From positions 8,017-72,016 of the forward strand of contig JAHFLO010000002.1 of the NCBI GenBank assembly GCA_023244855.1: a DNA stretch of 64,000 nt. Reading direction: 5' to 3'. This stretch comes from Candidatus Harrisonbacteria bacterium. Lineage in GTDB: Bacteria; Patescibacteriota; Minisyncoccia; UBA6257; UBA11618. Positions 45,205 to 53,045 of the stretch are shown piece by piece (within the stretch, counting starts at the first letter, position 1; the number at the start of each line of letters is the position of its first letter). The translations under genes were made by a program, and so were the position numbers. A model generated the notes under the pieces. It searched no databases and was not told the origin of the DNA. It saw only the letters and a program-made list of their open reading frames with translations.

Positions 45205-46728
45205 ATGATATCCAACCTATTTGGGCAGGCCGTGTTGGTATTCCTCGGTATTGTTGCGGGGTACTTCGTGCGGCAATCGATCGCTTCGCGAAGGGCGAAT
45301 TCTCTCGAGCAGCGGCTTAAAGCGCAGACTGAGGCGGCGCGCGCGGAAGCGCAAGATATTGTCTTTACGGCAAAGGCGGCAGCCGTATCGGCATTAGAAA
45401 AAGCACAGGACGAAGAGCGCGAGCGCAAAGCGCAATTGAACCGCTTCGAGGAGCGTCTCTTAAAGATGCAGGAAAATCTCGAGCGCGAGCTTTCGGCTGT
45501 GGCAGTGCGCGAAGGCGAGGTGCGCAAGGGAACAGAGCGCGTACAAGAGTTGAGTGCCGAGGCTGAAAAAATCCGTGCGCGGCTTTCCGAGACCATGGAA
45601 AAGATCGCGGGTATGACTTCGCATGAAGCGCGCGAAAAGTTGTTTGCGCAGGTAGCGGAGAGCGCGAAAACGGATTTGGCGTTTTCAATACAGAAGCTTG
45701 AGCGCGAGCGCCGCGACGAGCTCGAGAAACGGGGTGTGGAAATTATCACAACGTCTTTGCAGCGGTACGCGCGGGCGCACGTTACGGAGCTTTCTACTTC
45801 CACATTTATTCTCCCTTCCGAGGATTTGAAAGGTAAGATCATCGGCCGCGAGGGCAGGAACATCCGCACGCTCGAGCGCCTTACGGGTGTCGAAGTCGTA
45901 ATAGACGAGCATCCCGAAGCTATTACCATATCGTCCTTCGACCCTATGCGCCGCGAGCTCGCGCGTATGACGCTCGAGAAGCTTATTAAGGATGGGCGCA
46001 TACAGCCGGCAAAAATAGAAGAAAAGGTTGAGGAATCGAAAGCCGAGCTCGCGAAGCGCGTGCAGGAGTACGGCGACGCGGCGGCATACGAATTAGGCAT
46101 TGTCGATTTCCCGAAGGAAGTTTTGCAGGTACTTGGCAGGCTCCACTTCCGCACGAGCTATGGGCAGAATGTTTTAAATCACTCTATAGAAATGGCGCAT
46201 ATTGCCGGCATGCTCGCTACTGAACTCGGTCTGCGTGTCGATATCGCGAAGAAGGGCGCCTTAGTACACGACATCGGCAAGGCGATAGACCACGAAGTGC
46301 AGGGAACGCACGTAGACATCGGCCGCAAGATTTTAAAGAAGTATGGTGTTGACGAAGACGTCATTCGCGCCATGGAAGCGCATCACGACGAATATCCGCA
46401 CGCCATCCCCGAGGCGTTTATTGTAACGACTGCGGACGCAATTTCCGGCGCACGCCCAGGAGCGCGGCGCGATTCTTTGGAACATTACTTTAAGCGTTTA
46501 GCGGACTTGGAAAAAATCGGCATGGCGTTCCCTGGGGTACAGACGGTGTACGCCTTGTCCGCAGGCCGCGAGATACGCGTATTCGTGACACCCGAGAAGA
46601 TTGATGACTTCGCGGCGCTGCAGCTAGCAAAAGACATCGCGCACCGCATACAGGCGGAGTTGCGGTATCCGGGGGAAATAAAGGTGAATGTAATCCGCGA
46701 AGTGCGAGCGGTGGAGTACGCCAGATAG
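45205..46728 (+). CDS. rny: Ribonuclease Y
   Basis: N-terminal TM, coiled coil, KH GKIIGREGRNIR, HD domain HDIGKA, ADAISGARPGAR. Confidence 0.97.
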   Translation: MISNLFGQAVLVFLGIVAGYFVRQSIASRRANSLEQRLKAQTEAARAEAQDIVFTAKAAAVSALEKAQDEERERKAQLNRFEERLLKMQENLERELSAVAVREGEVRKGTERVQELSAEAEKIRARLSETMEKIAGMTSHEAREKLFAQVAESAKTDLAFSIQKLERERRDELEKRGVEIITTSLQRYARAHVTELSTSTFILPSEDLKGKIIGREGRNIRTLERLTGVEVVIDEHPEAITISSFDPMRRELARMTLEKLIKDGRIQPAKIEEKVEESKAELAKRVQEYGDAAAYELGIVDFPKEVLQVLGRLHFRTSYGQNVLNHSIEMAHIAGMLATELGLRVDIAKKGALVHDIGKAIDHEVQGTHVDIGRKILKKYGVDEDVIRAMEAHHDEYPHAIPEAFIVTTADAISGARPGARRDSLEHYFKRLADLEKIGMAFPGVQTVYALSAGREIRVFVTPEKIDDFAALQLAKDIAHRIQAELRYPGEIKVNVIREVRAVEYAR

Positions 46729-46733
46729 TTTTC

Positions 46734-46932
46734 ACGGGAGATAGCGGCCGTAGTCATTTTCGGGAAACATGCTCGCTGCTCTCCTGCGGAGCAGCGGCAT
46801 TCGCTCTCGGCCCGATAAATTCACTGCGGTGAATTACCCAGAGCTATCGGGCCTCCGAGATGTTCCCGCAAAGGCAGTCCGGTCTCCGTCTTGCTTGAAG
46901 TGCGTAGCTTTTATATTCCAGGTCCGCATTTC
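46734..46932 (+). ncRNA. Candidate structured RNA or repeat element downstream of rny
   Basis: Nested stems ACGGGAGA/TCTCCGT, CGGGAAACAT/ATGTTCCCG, CGCTGCTC/GAGCAGCG, GGCCCGATA/TATCGGGCC, AATTCAC/GTGAATT. Confidence 0.45.
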
Positions 46933-47029
46933 GTGTATTAAAAGAAAGAAAAAAAAGTAAAAAAAGAAGCCGACGGATTTGTCGGCTTCGGGGTCCCTTT
47001 CTGCGTTCGGTTGGTGTGGGGGAACCGGG

Positions 47030-47347
47030 TTATTTGGGAGTTGTTTCTGGTTGGGGAGCGGACGGTTTTTTCGCCGCGGATTTTTTGATGCAGAGTGCCG
47101 CGCATCCCCAAAGAGGGAGCGTGCATGAGAGGAGGCAGCTTACACCCATCAAAATTAGGAATAGAACTACTCCCTCGTTGTTCCGTGCGGGTAAGAGCGC
47201 AAGGAAGATGAAACCCGTGAGCGCTGTGAGTACGACGCCCGTAACGATTATGACGAGGGTTGTGCGCGTTTCGATTTCTGGGGGATTTTCCAAATTCAAC
47301 TGATAGCGCAGCCAGGCGAAACGGACTGCGGGCGGCTTGTCAGCCAT
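47030..47347 (-). CDS. Orphan 2-TM membrane protein
   Basis: CGGAGA upstream; terminator GAAGCCGAC..GTCGGCTTC downstream. Confidence 0.55.
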   Translation of the reverse strand: MADKPPAVRFAWLRYQLNLENPPEIETRTTLVIIVTGVVLTALTGFIFLALLPARNNEGVVLFLILMGVSCLLSCTLPLWGCAALCIKKSAAKKPSAPQPETTPK

Positions 47348-47360
47348 GTTCGGTCTCCGG

Positions 47361-47645
47361 TTATGTGTGGTGAAGGGGATAAAAGTTGTCGCGGGAGCGT
47401 AAGAACGCTCTCGTCGTTTTCACGATGCCGACCGTGATCGCGAGGATTAGGGGCGGCCAGAGGGAAAACTTCCATTCAAGTGATGTCTCTGGGTACAGGG
47501 AATAGGCGGCGTTTCGCGCAGCTTCTTTCCATGCGTACGGACCGATGATTGCGATGCCTTGCGAGACGACCATGCCGAGCATGCCCGTCATTAGGGTGAT
47601 CCACGGGATTTCTCTCTCCCAAAACAAAGTCCAAAACTTTTTCAT
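47361..47645 (-). CDS. Orphan 2-TM membrane protein
   Basis: CGGAGG upstream; hydrophobic segments. Confidence 0.55.
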   Translation of the reverse strand: MKKFWTLFWEREIPWITLMTGMLGMVVSQGIAIIGPYAWKEAARNAAYSLYPETSLEWKFSLWPPLILAITVGIVKTTRAFLRSRDNFYPLHHT

Positions 47646-47842
47646 AAAGAACCTCCGATTGCGTAATGTCGAAGTGCGTAAATGCGAACTACGGAGATAC
47701 TATGCCATTTTTAGCTACTTAGAGTCAATATTCTGCGGAAAAGCTATATCCTGCTTGCTTTTTATTTCGATATGGCTACCATTAATAGGTAATCGTTCGG
47801 AAAGGTCGCGGTTTTGGAATAGTTAATGTAAATTAAACTCAT

Positions 47843-48118
47843 ATGAAAAAGACAGAATTAGCAGAAGCCTTGATGGCCGCGTGCGGCCTCGAGAGCAAGA
47901 AGAAGGGCGTTGAAGTAGTCGACGCGATGTTCGATATCATCACGAAGGCGATGGTGGCGGGAGACGACGTGAAGATCCCCGGGTTCGGTAACTTCAAGGT
48001 TGCCAAGCGCGCAGCGCGCATGGGCGTTAACCCGAAGACGGGCGAGAAGATTCAGATCAAGGCTTCGATCAAGCCGAAGTTCCGCGCAGGTAAGGTCCTG
48101 AAGGAAGCAGTTATGTAG
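47843..48118 (+). CDS. hup: DNA-binding protein HU
   Basis: MKKTELAE, IPGFGNF, RAARMGVNPKTGE, PKFRAGK.LK. Confidence 0.97.
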   Translation: MKKTELAEALMAACGLESKKKGVEVVDAMFDIITKAMVAGDDVKIPGFGNFKVAKRAARMGVNPKTGEKIQIKASIKPKFRAGKVLKEAVM

Positions 48119-48159
48119 CAATAAAAAAACGGCCCCCATGGGCCGTTTTTTTATTGCTA
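48116..48159. terminator. Bidirectional terminator after HU
   Basis: TAGCAATAAAAAAACGGCCC..GGGCCGTTTTTTTATTGCTA. Confidence 0.85.
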
Positions 48160-48162
48160 TAT

Positions 48163-48951
48163 TTACTTACGTATTAACCGGCTCATCGCGATGAAGTCGT
48201 CGTAGGCGGCGTTTACGAGGGCATTTGACTGGCGGACCATTTCGTCAATCGTTTCTTCATCTTCCGCCTCCTTCGTATCTGATAGTAAGGTGGATTTCGC
48301 ACGGGCATTCAAGTCAGCAGCCTTTTTAAGTTCGTCTTGCGCCTTTTTTATAAGGTTCATAAACGGGGCGCTTCTCATACCGGGGAGTAATGAGCGTATT
48401 TTTTTTGTGTCTTTTACTATTGAGGAGAGACGGCCGTTACCGGCTTGTACCGAATCTTCGTTTTCGAATACGCTGATGAATCGTACTGCGCGCGCCATCG
48501 TGTCTGTATATGTTCCATCCCGCCACTCTTTAAATTTTTGGGCGATAGATATGACAGCGCTGATACCCGACTCCTGCGTCGTGTCGGTTCGTACCGCTTT
48601 GGTATGGAGTTTAAGATTTGCGAGGTCTGTTATAAGGCTGTCACGTAGGGCAGATTCTTCGTCCGTAAGTCCACTTTGAGCGGCAAGTTGCGCGCTCACG
48701 CTCCGTATCTCTTCTTCTGAAATACTGATCACATTATTCAATGCGCTTTGAAGCGGCGTGGCGTCTGTGGGGCGCTTGCCTATTTTTATGGCATTTAAAA
48801 GATCGAGACTCTCCGTAAGGCGGCTTAAGTCAGATTGCAGGGTGTCAGTTGACGCCGTGCTTGCAGTTTGCGCCTGCGCGAAAAAAAACGGCGCAAAAGC
48901 GAGCGCAAGAATAATAGATATCTTTTTAATTGTCTTTATAGAGTACGGCAA
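48163..48951 (-). CDS. Secreted helical/coiled-coil hypothetical protein in the ECF operon
   Basis: Signal peptide ending AQA; alpha-helical composition; start uncertain. Confidence 0.7.
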   Translation of the reverse strand: MPYSIKTIKKISIILALAFAPFFFAQAQTASTASTDTLQSDLSRLTESLDLLNAIKIGKRPTDATPLQSALNNVISISEEEIRSVSAQLAAQSGLTDEESALRDSLITDLANLKLHTKAVRTDTTQESGISAVISIAQKFKEWRDGTYTDTMARAVRFISVFENEDSVQAGNGRLSSIVKDTKKIRSLLPGMRSAPFMNLIKKAQDELKKAADLNARAKSTLLSDTKEAEDEETIDEMVRQSNALVNAAYDDFIAMSRLIRK

Positions 48952-49354
48952 GGCTTTGTCTTACTTGGTTTGCGCTACCCCAGTTCGTTGAGGGGTCGGC
49001 GATATCCGTTAAGGCGAGGCTTATAACGGGGGATACGCCCGAAAAATACGCGGCGTTCGCTATTGAGTTCGTGGCATTAACGGCCAGTTGTTCCGCTTGT
49101 ATAGCGTTCGTGTCGAGGCTTGCCACTACGGCGCCTTCCGTACTTTCCGGCGCGCGATGCACGGAAACGAATATAAGGAGCGCGAGCGCTCCGGTAGTGA
49201 AGGACATTCTAAATACGGGCATAAGGGACTCGAGTGAAAAACGTCGTGGTGCCGGCGTGATCGCCGCCATCAAGTTTGCGCGCGAGCGTGCCAAAAACGC
49301 CGCGTTAGGGCGGATGCTTTTAAGCGACTTAAGATGTTCTTGTAAATTGTTCAT
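48926..49354 (-). CDS. Single-TM protein, probable anti-sigma factor
   Basis: Overlaps the ECF sigma 3' end; short cytoplasmic N-terminus (LKSIRPNAAF) followed by a TM. Confidence 0.6.
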   Translation of the reverse strand: MNNLQEHLKSLKSIRPNAAFLARSRANLMAAITPAPRRFSLESLMPVFRMSFTTGALALLIFVSVHRAPESTEGAVVASLDTNAIQAEQLAVNATNSIANAAYFSGVSPVISLALTDIADPSTNWGSANQVRQSLAVLYKDN

Positions 49355-49916
49355 GGGGAACTTCGAGTTTCTTTTTCAATTTCGCAATGGCGCGGTGTTG
49401 GATGAGGCGTACGGCTCCCGCGGTTTTTCCAACCGCAAGCGCAGTCTCTTCGGGCGAGAGGTCTTCCACGTAGCGCATTAGGAGTACTGTCTGTTCCGTA
49501 TCGTTCAAGCTGCGGATGCCACGCATTACGGCATCCATCGCGAGCCCGCGGTCGAGCGCTTCTAAAAGGGCGGTGTGTCCGGTGCTCGCGAGTTCTATGG
49601 GGAGTGTATTATTCTCCGTCATTTCGTCGAGCGAGGAAGTGCCTTTGCGCGTACGGTACCAATCGATGACGCGGTTGCCCGCAATGCGGTATAGCCAGCT
49701 CGTAAGGGGGATGCCGCCGCGCAGCTCGTAACTGCCGATGGTGCGCCATCCGGCAAGGAATACTTCGTGCAGTAAGTCCTCGGAATCGCCTTTTTGACCC
49801 GTTTTCAAGAAGATAAAGCGATAAATCCTTTCCGCATAACGGTCATACAATGCCCCAAAGGCGGTAGAATCGCCGTTTTGAGCGCTTTCTATGAGGATTT
49901 TCTCTTCTTCTGTCAT
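49329..49916 (-). CDS. ECF RNA polymerase sigma factor
   Basis: AFGALYDRY, EDLLHEVF, SWLYRIAGNRVID, region 4 HTH ..AVRLIQHRA. Confidence 0.93.
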   Translation of the reverse strand: MTEEEKILIESAQNGDSTAFGALYDRYAERIYRFIFLKTGQKGDSEDLLHEVFLAGWRTIGSYELRGGIPLTSWLYRIAGNRVIDWYRTRKGTSSLDEMTENNTLPIELASTGHTALLEALDRGLAMDAVMRGIRSLNDTEQTVLLMRYVEDLSPEETALAVGKTAGAVRLIQHRAIAKLKKKLEVPHEQFTRTS

Positions 49917-49920
49917 ATAT

Positions 49921-49946
49921 AACGAATGAATGGGGGATTAGTTTCC
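49921..49946 (-). promoter_or_regulatory. ECF-type autoregulatory promoter
   Basis: GGAAAC-N16-CGTT ending 4 nt before the sigma ATG; matches the SigW/SigM-type AAAC/CGT consensus. Confidence 0.65.
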
Positions 49947-50080
49947 ATGCCGGAGACTATGGCTCAATACTACCATATGGGGTATAGTAGTAGACGTACG
50001 CAGCTCTTTTGGATGACTCGTCGTTGTTCACCGGGGCTCGCCGAAGGCGGTTGGATTGCAGCCCGCTATCCAACCGTTTT

Positions 50081-50374
50081 TTAATACTCCGCAAATCCCC
50101 GTATCCGGTCAGCTTCACGTTCTACGAGCTCTCCCTCGTATTCGCCGTTATGGGCGTGGTTGCTGCCGTACGAGGGTTTTCCTTGGTCTATGTGGAGATT
50201 TACCACAAGCGCCGTTCCTTCTTTTTTGACGTAGGCGTGGTAGCGGGGATAATCGTGGCCAGAAACGCGGCGCATACAGCTTGCTTCTGCGCCTACCTCG
50301 CGGTCGAAGGCATAGCCACATTGCCGCATGAAGTCCACGGCGCTTTGCTTGAAGTTCGGTATTTTTATGGTCAT
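50081..50374 (-). CDS. Hypothetical protein (97 aa)
   Basis: MTIKIPN.. with MRQCGY, YPRYHAY, LHIDQ.KPSY..HAH.GEY.G; ATG shares a base with the tRNA-Pro CCA. Confidence 0.72.
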   Translation of the reverse strand: MTIKIPNFKQSAVDFMRQCGYAFDREVGAEASCMRRVSGHDYPRYHAYVKKEGTALVVNLHIDQGKPSYGSNHAHNGEYEGELVEREADRIRGFAEY

Positions 50375-50447
50375 GGTCGGGGTGCTGAGAATCGAACTCA
50401 GGCTACATGCTCCCAAAGCAAGCGTACTACCATTATACTACACCCCG
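50374..50447 (-). tRNA. tRNA-Pro(TGG)
   Basis: CGGGGTG/CACCCCG acceptor, loop TTTGGGA, encoded CCA. Confidence 0.93.
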
Positions 50448-50524
50448 TTCGTTGCTTGATTGTGCCCTGTAATTGTCCGTAGGGTCAAACAATGCTAGGA
50501 TTTCGCTTGTATTTATTCGCGTAT

Positions 50525-50596
50525 GCCCTTGTAGCTCAATGGATAGAGCAGGACTCTTCTAAGGTCTTGATGGGGGTTCGATTCCCTCCGGGGGCG
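50525..50596 (+). tRNA. tRNA-Arg(TCT)
   Basis: GCCCTTG/CGGGGGC acceptor, loop CTTCTAA, GGTTCGATTCC. Confidence 0.9.
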
Positions 50597-50634
50597 CAAA
50601 ATAAAACAACCGCTGTAGCGGTTATTTTATTTTG
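50597..50634 (+). terminator. Terminator after tRNA-Arg(TCT)
   Basis: CAAAATAAAACAACCGC-TGTA-GCGGTTATTTTATTTTG. Confidence 0.7.
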
Positions 50635-50795
50635 CTCTGGGAATCGAACCCGCAGGGCGAGAGTTTTTAAGAAGGCTTTTTATAAGCCGACTATAAAAAC
50701 CGATGTTTCGACCGAGCTTGCGAGGGAGGGGCGATCCCCTCCGGAGGCACATCAATTGAAAAATCACAATCCATCTGCCATACTCGTTTTTATAA

Positions 50796-50867
50796 GCCTA
50801 GGTAGCTCAGTGGTAGAGCGCTACCCTGAAGAGGTAGGCGTCCGGTGTTCGATTCACCGCCTAGGCA
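50796..50867 (+). tRNA. tRNA-Phe(GAA)
   Basis: GCCTAGG/CCTAGGC acceptor, loop CTGAAGA. Confidence 0.93.
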
Positions 50868-50931
50868 CACGTATGAAAAGTAGATTTTTCATCGCAATCC
50901 TGTTATTGTGGGAGGCGTAGTTGGTTAAGAT

Positions 50932-51003
50932 GGTGCCTATAGTTTAGTGGTAAAACTCCTCTCTGTGGCAGAGGTGTCACGGGTTCGATCCCCGTTAGGC
51001 ACC
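50932..51003 (+). tRNA. tRNA-His(GTG)
   Basis: G-1:C73 pair, GTGCCTA/TAGGCAC acceptor, loop CTGTGGC. Confidence 0.92.
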
Positions 51004-51008
51004 CACAA

Positions 51009-51659
51009 ATGATTCAAGAAACAACCGTCTTCATCCAGTCGTTCCTTGTATCGTACGGGACGTGGGCATTTTTTCTACTCGGGTTTATGGAAGAGGTTTT
51101 CTTTTTTATACCGTCGGGGCTTTTGTTCCTCGCTATCGGTTTTTTTGCAATTGACGTAGCGGCGCCCTTTGGCTCCGCTCTCGCGCAGGCGTTCGGCCCT
51201 ATAGCGTTTGCAGGGTCTTTGGGGGTACTTGCCGGCGCCTCCATTATGTACGCGCTCGCGTACTGGGGCGGCAAGCCGCTTATCCTTAAGTTTGGTAAAT
51301 ACTGCGGCGTACGGTGGGAGGAAATTGAAAAGATGCAGCGGTTCTTCGGCCGTGGTTATGCGGACGAGCTCATTCTTATTTTCCTTCGCGCTATTCCTAT
51401 TTTTCCCATCAGCGTCGTTTCGCTTTTGTGCGGCACGGTACGCATCCGCCCCTTCGCTTTCGCTGTTACGACGTTCGCTGGAACAGTTTTCCGTGTTGGC
51501 ACGCTTTCTCTTTTTGGTTGGTATGTGGGACGTGAGTTTTCTTTGTATGCGGAAAAAATAGCCCTCTTCGAGCAAGTGGTTGTCGGAGTCGCTGTCATCG
51601 CTTGCATCGTATTTTTCGTAGTGCGCCTCAAAAGGCGCAAGCTACCCATTAATCACTAA
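51009..51659 (+). CDS. DedA/VTT-family membrane protein
   Basis: EE..FIPS, G..AGASIMYALAYWGG, FLRAIP, F...T..G. Confidence 0.88.
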   Translation: MIQETTVFIQSFLVSYGTWAFFLLGFMEEVFFFIPSGLLFLAIGFFAIDVAAPFGSALAQAFGPIAFAGSLGVLAGASIMYALAYWGGKPLILKFGKYCGVRWEEIEKMQRFFGRGYADELILIFLRAIPIFPISVVSLLCGTVRIRPFAFAVTTFAGTVFRVGTLSLFGWYVGREFSLYAEKIALFEQVVVGVAVIACIVFFVVRLKRRKLPINH

Positions 51660-51668
51660 TCACTTCGT

Positions 51669-52994
51669 CTATCGCACGTCGATCGGGACGATAAACTGGT
51701 TATCGAAGAGGTTTTCGAGTATCGCCTTAGCGCTAACGTTATATATCTGCCGCGATGCTTGTTGTTTGGCGGTATGCACGCCCACTACATAGCCTTTCCA
51801 AAAGATGGGGGAGCCGAAGCGGCCGCCGGCCGTGTCTTCGGTGTCTAAATGGCTTTCGATAAGGAATAAGCTGTCCGCGTAGCGCTTGTCGCCCGCCCAG
51901 TAGCCGGTAACGGACGAAATAAGTCCCTGCATGAAGAGTGTCTTCATGTCGTCGTTATGCCCGAGTGTGGTGCCGCTTGGGAAAGAGAAGTTAAGCGTCG
52001 GGTCGCCAATTTTTGGCAATTCGGAAATAAGGAAGGGCGCTGCGGGGAAGGATTCGGGCATATGCGTCGGCCCGCCGAACCATCGGGCGTCGGGGTTTAC
52101 GTCGCTGAGTTTCAATATGGCAAAATCCATCCACGCATTTTCATAGTCGCTCGCATCATCGCCCTTAGGGACGTACGAAACTTCGGCGAGGTATGCCATA
52201 TAAGGGACGCGCACGAAGGCGTTTATTTTGCGTATCGCCTCCACGCTCGGGAGCGGGTCGGAGGCGGGCAGTTGCCCAACGTAGCATTGCTTGAGTTTGA
52301 AGTTATCGAGGCCGTCGTTCAGGTAGCCTAAATCTACTACGCTACGCGCAGTGATAACGTAGCCGTCGTCCGTTATGATGGCGCCTGAGCCGCGCGTCGT
52401 TTTCTTATCACGGAACTGATCATCGCTTTCGAAATCGCACGCGATGCCGACGAGTGTTTGCGGGTCGATCGGTACCGGTTCAGCCATGACGTCTTTCTGG
52501 GGTACGAGCGTTTCGGGGTCGAGGTTTGTTTCTGCCGCCGGGGCTGGCGGAGGGGGTTGGTAGTTCGCGGCGATATCGTTAACGTTGACGAATCCCTGCG
52601 TTATTTTCCCGTTTTCACCGTTCCATTCAACAGTAATCCATCCTTCTGCATTAGGGGCGGCATCTTCACGGAGTATAAGGTCTTCACCTGGCCGTACCGC
52701 TCCTAGGGCGGCACATTTTTTACCCGCGCACGAGAAAACCGTTATCGCGGCATTCATAGGGATCGCGATCGTTCCTGCCGCCATGCCGTCATTCGTCATC
52801 GCCGCAAGTTCCGCTTCCGTTGGCTCTGCGAAGGCGAACGGCTTTCTAATTTCCGCCGGGGGCGGCGTTTTCTTAATGAGGCGCTCTTTTATGGTAAGGG
52901 CTCCGCCGATAGTTCCTGCCCATACGATAAGGAATCCGAGGGTTGAGATGGTAATGATACCGGTGCGTGAAAACATATGATTGAATTGTACCAT
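51669..52994 (-). CDS. Membrane-anchored trypsin-like protease homolog with SH3-like domain; catalytic residues degenerate
   Basis: N-terminal TM, GWITVEW..GFV, RGSGAIITDDGYVITARSVV, DFAILK, GGRFGSP, VVGV. Confidence 0.7.
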   Translation of the reverse strand: MVQFNHMFSRTGIITISTLGFLIVWAGTIGGALTIKERLIKKTPPPAEIRKPFAFAEPTEAELAAMTNDGMAAGTIAIPMNAAITVFSCAGKKCAALGAVRPGEDLILREDAAPNAEGWITVEWNGENGKITQGFVNVNDIAANYQPPPPAPAAETNLDPETLVPQKDVMAEPVPIDPQTLVGIACDFESDDQFRDKKTTRGSGAIITDDGYVITARSVVDLGYLNDGLDNFKLKQCYVGQLPASDPLPSVEAIRKINAFVRVPYMAYLAEVSYVPKGDDASDYENAWMDFAILKLSDVNPDARWFGGPTHMPESFPAAPFLISELPKIGDPTLNFSFPSGTTLGHNDDMKTLFMQGLISSVTGYWAGDKRYADSLFLIESHLDTEDTAGGRFGSPIFWKGYVVGVHTAKQQASRQIYNVSAKAILENLFDNQFIVPIDVR

Positions 52995-53045
52995 AGGCTT
53001 ATTTGCATGGATTTTTTATCGTAACTAGTGCATTATCGGGCTAAC

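Noticed and set aside
43623-46154. 843-aa ORF suggesting a large gpmI fusion
   Set aside because: The first ~340 aa are the antisense shadow of rny; the real protein starts at MKRTVV (45131)
50009-50070. ZTP riboswitch-like words (TGACT..CACCGGGG)
   Set aside because: P1 pairing and the 3' pseudoknot motif could not be built, and there is no downstream + strand gene
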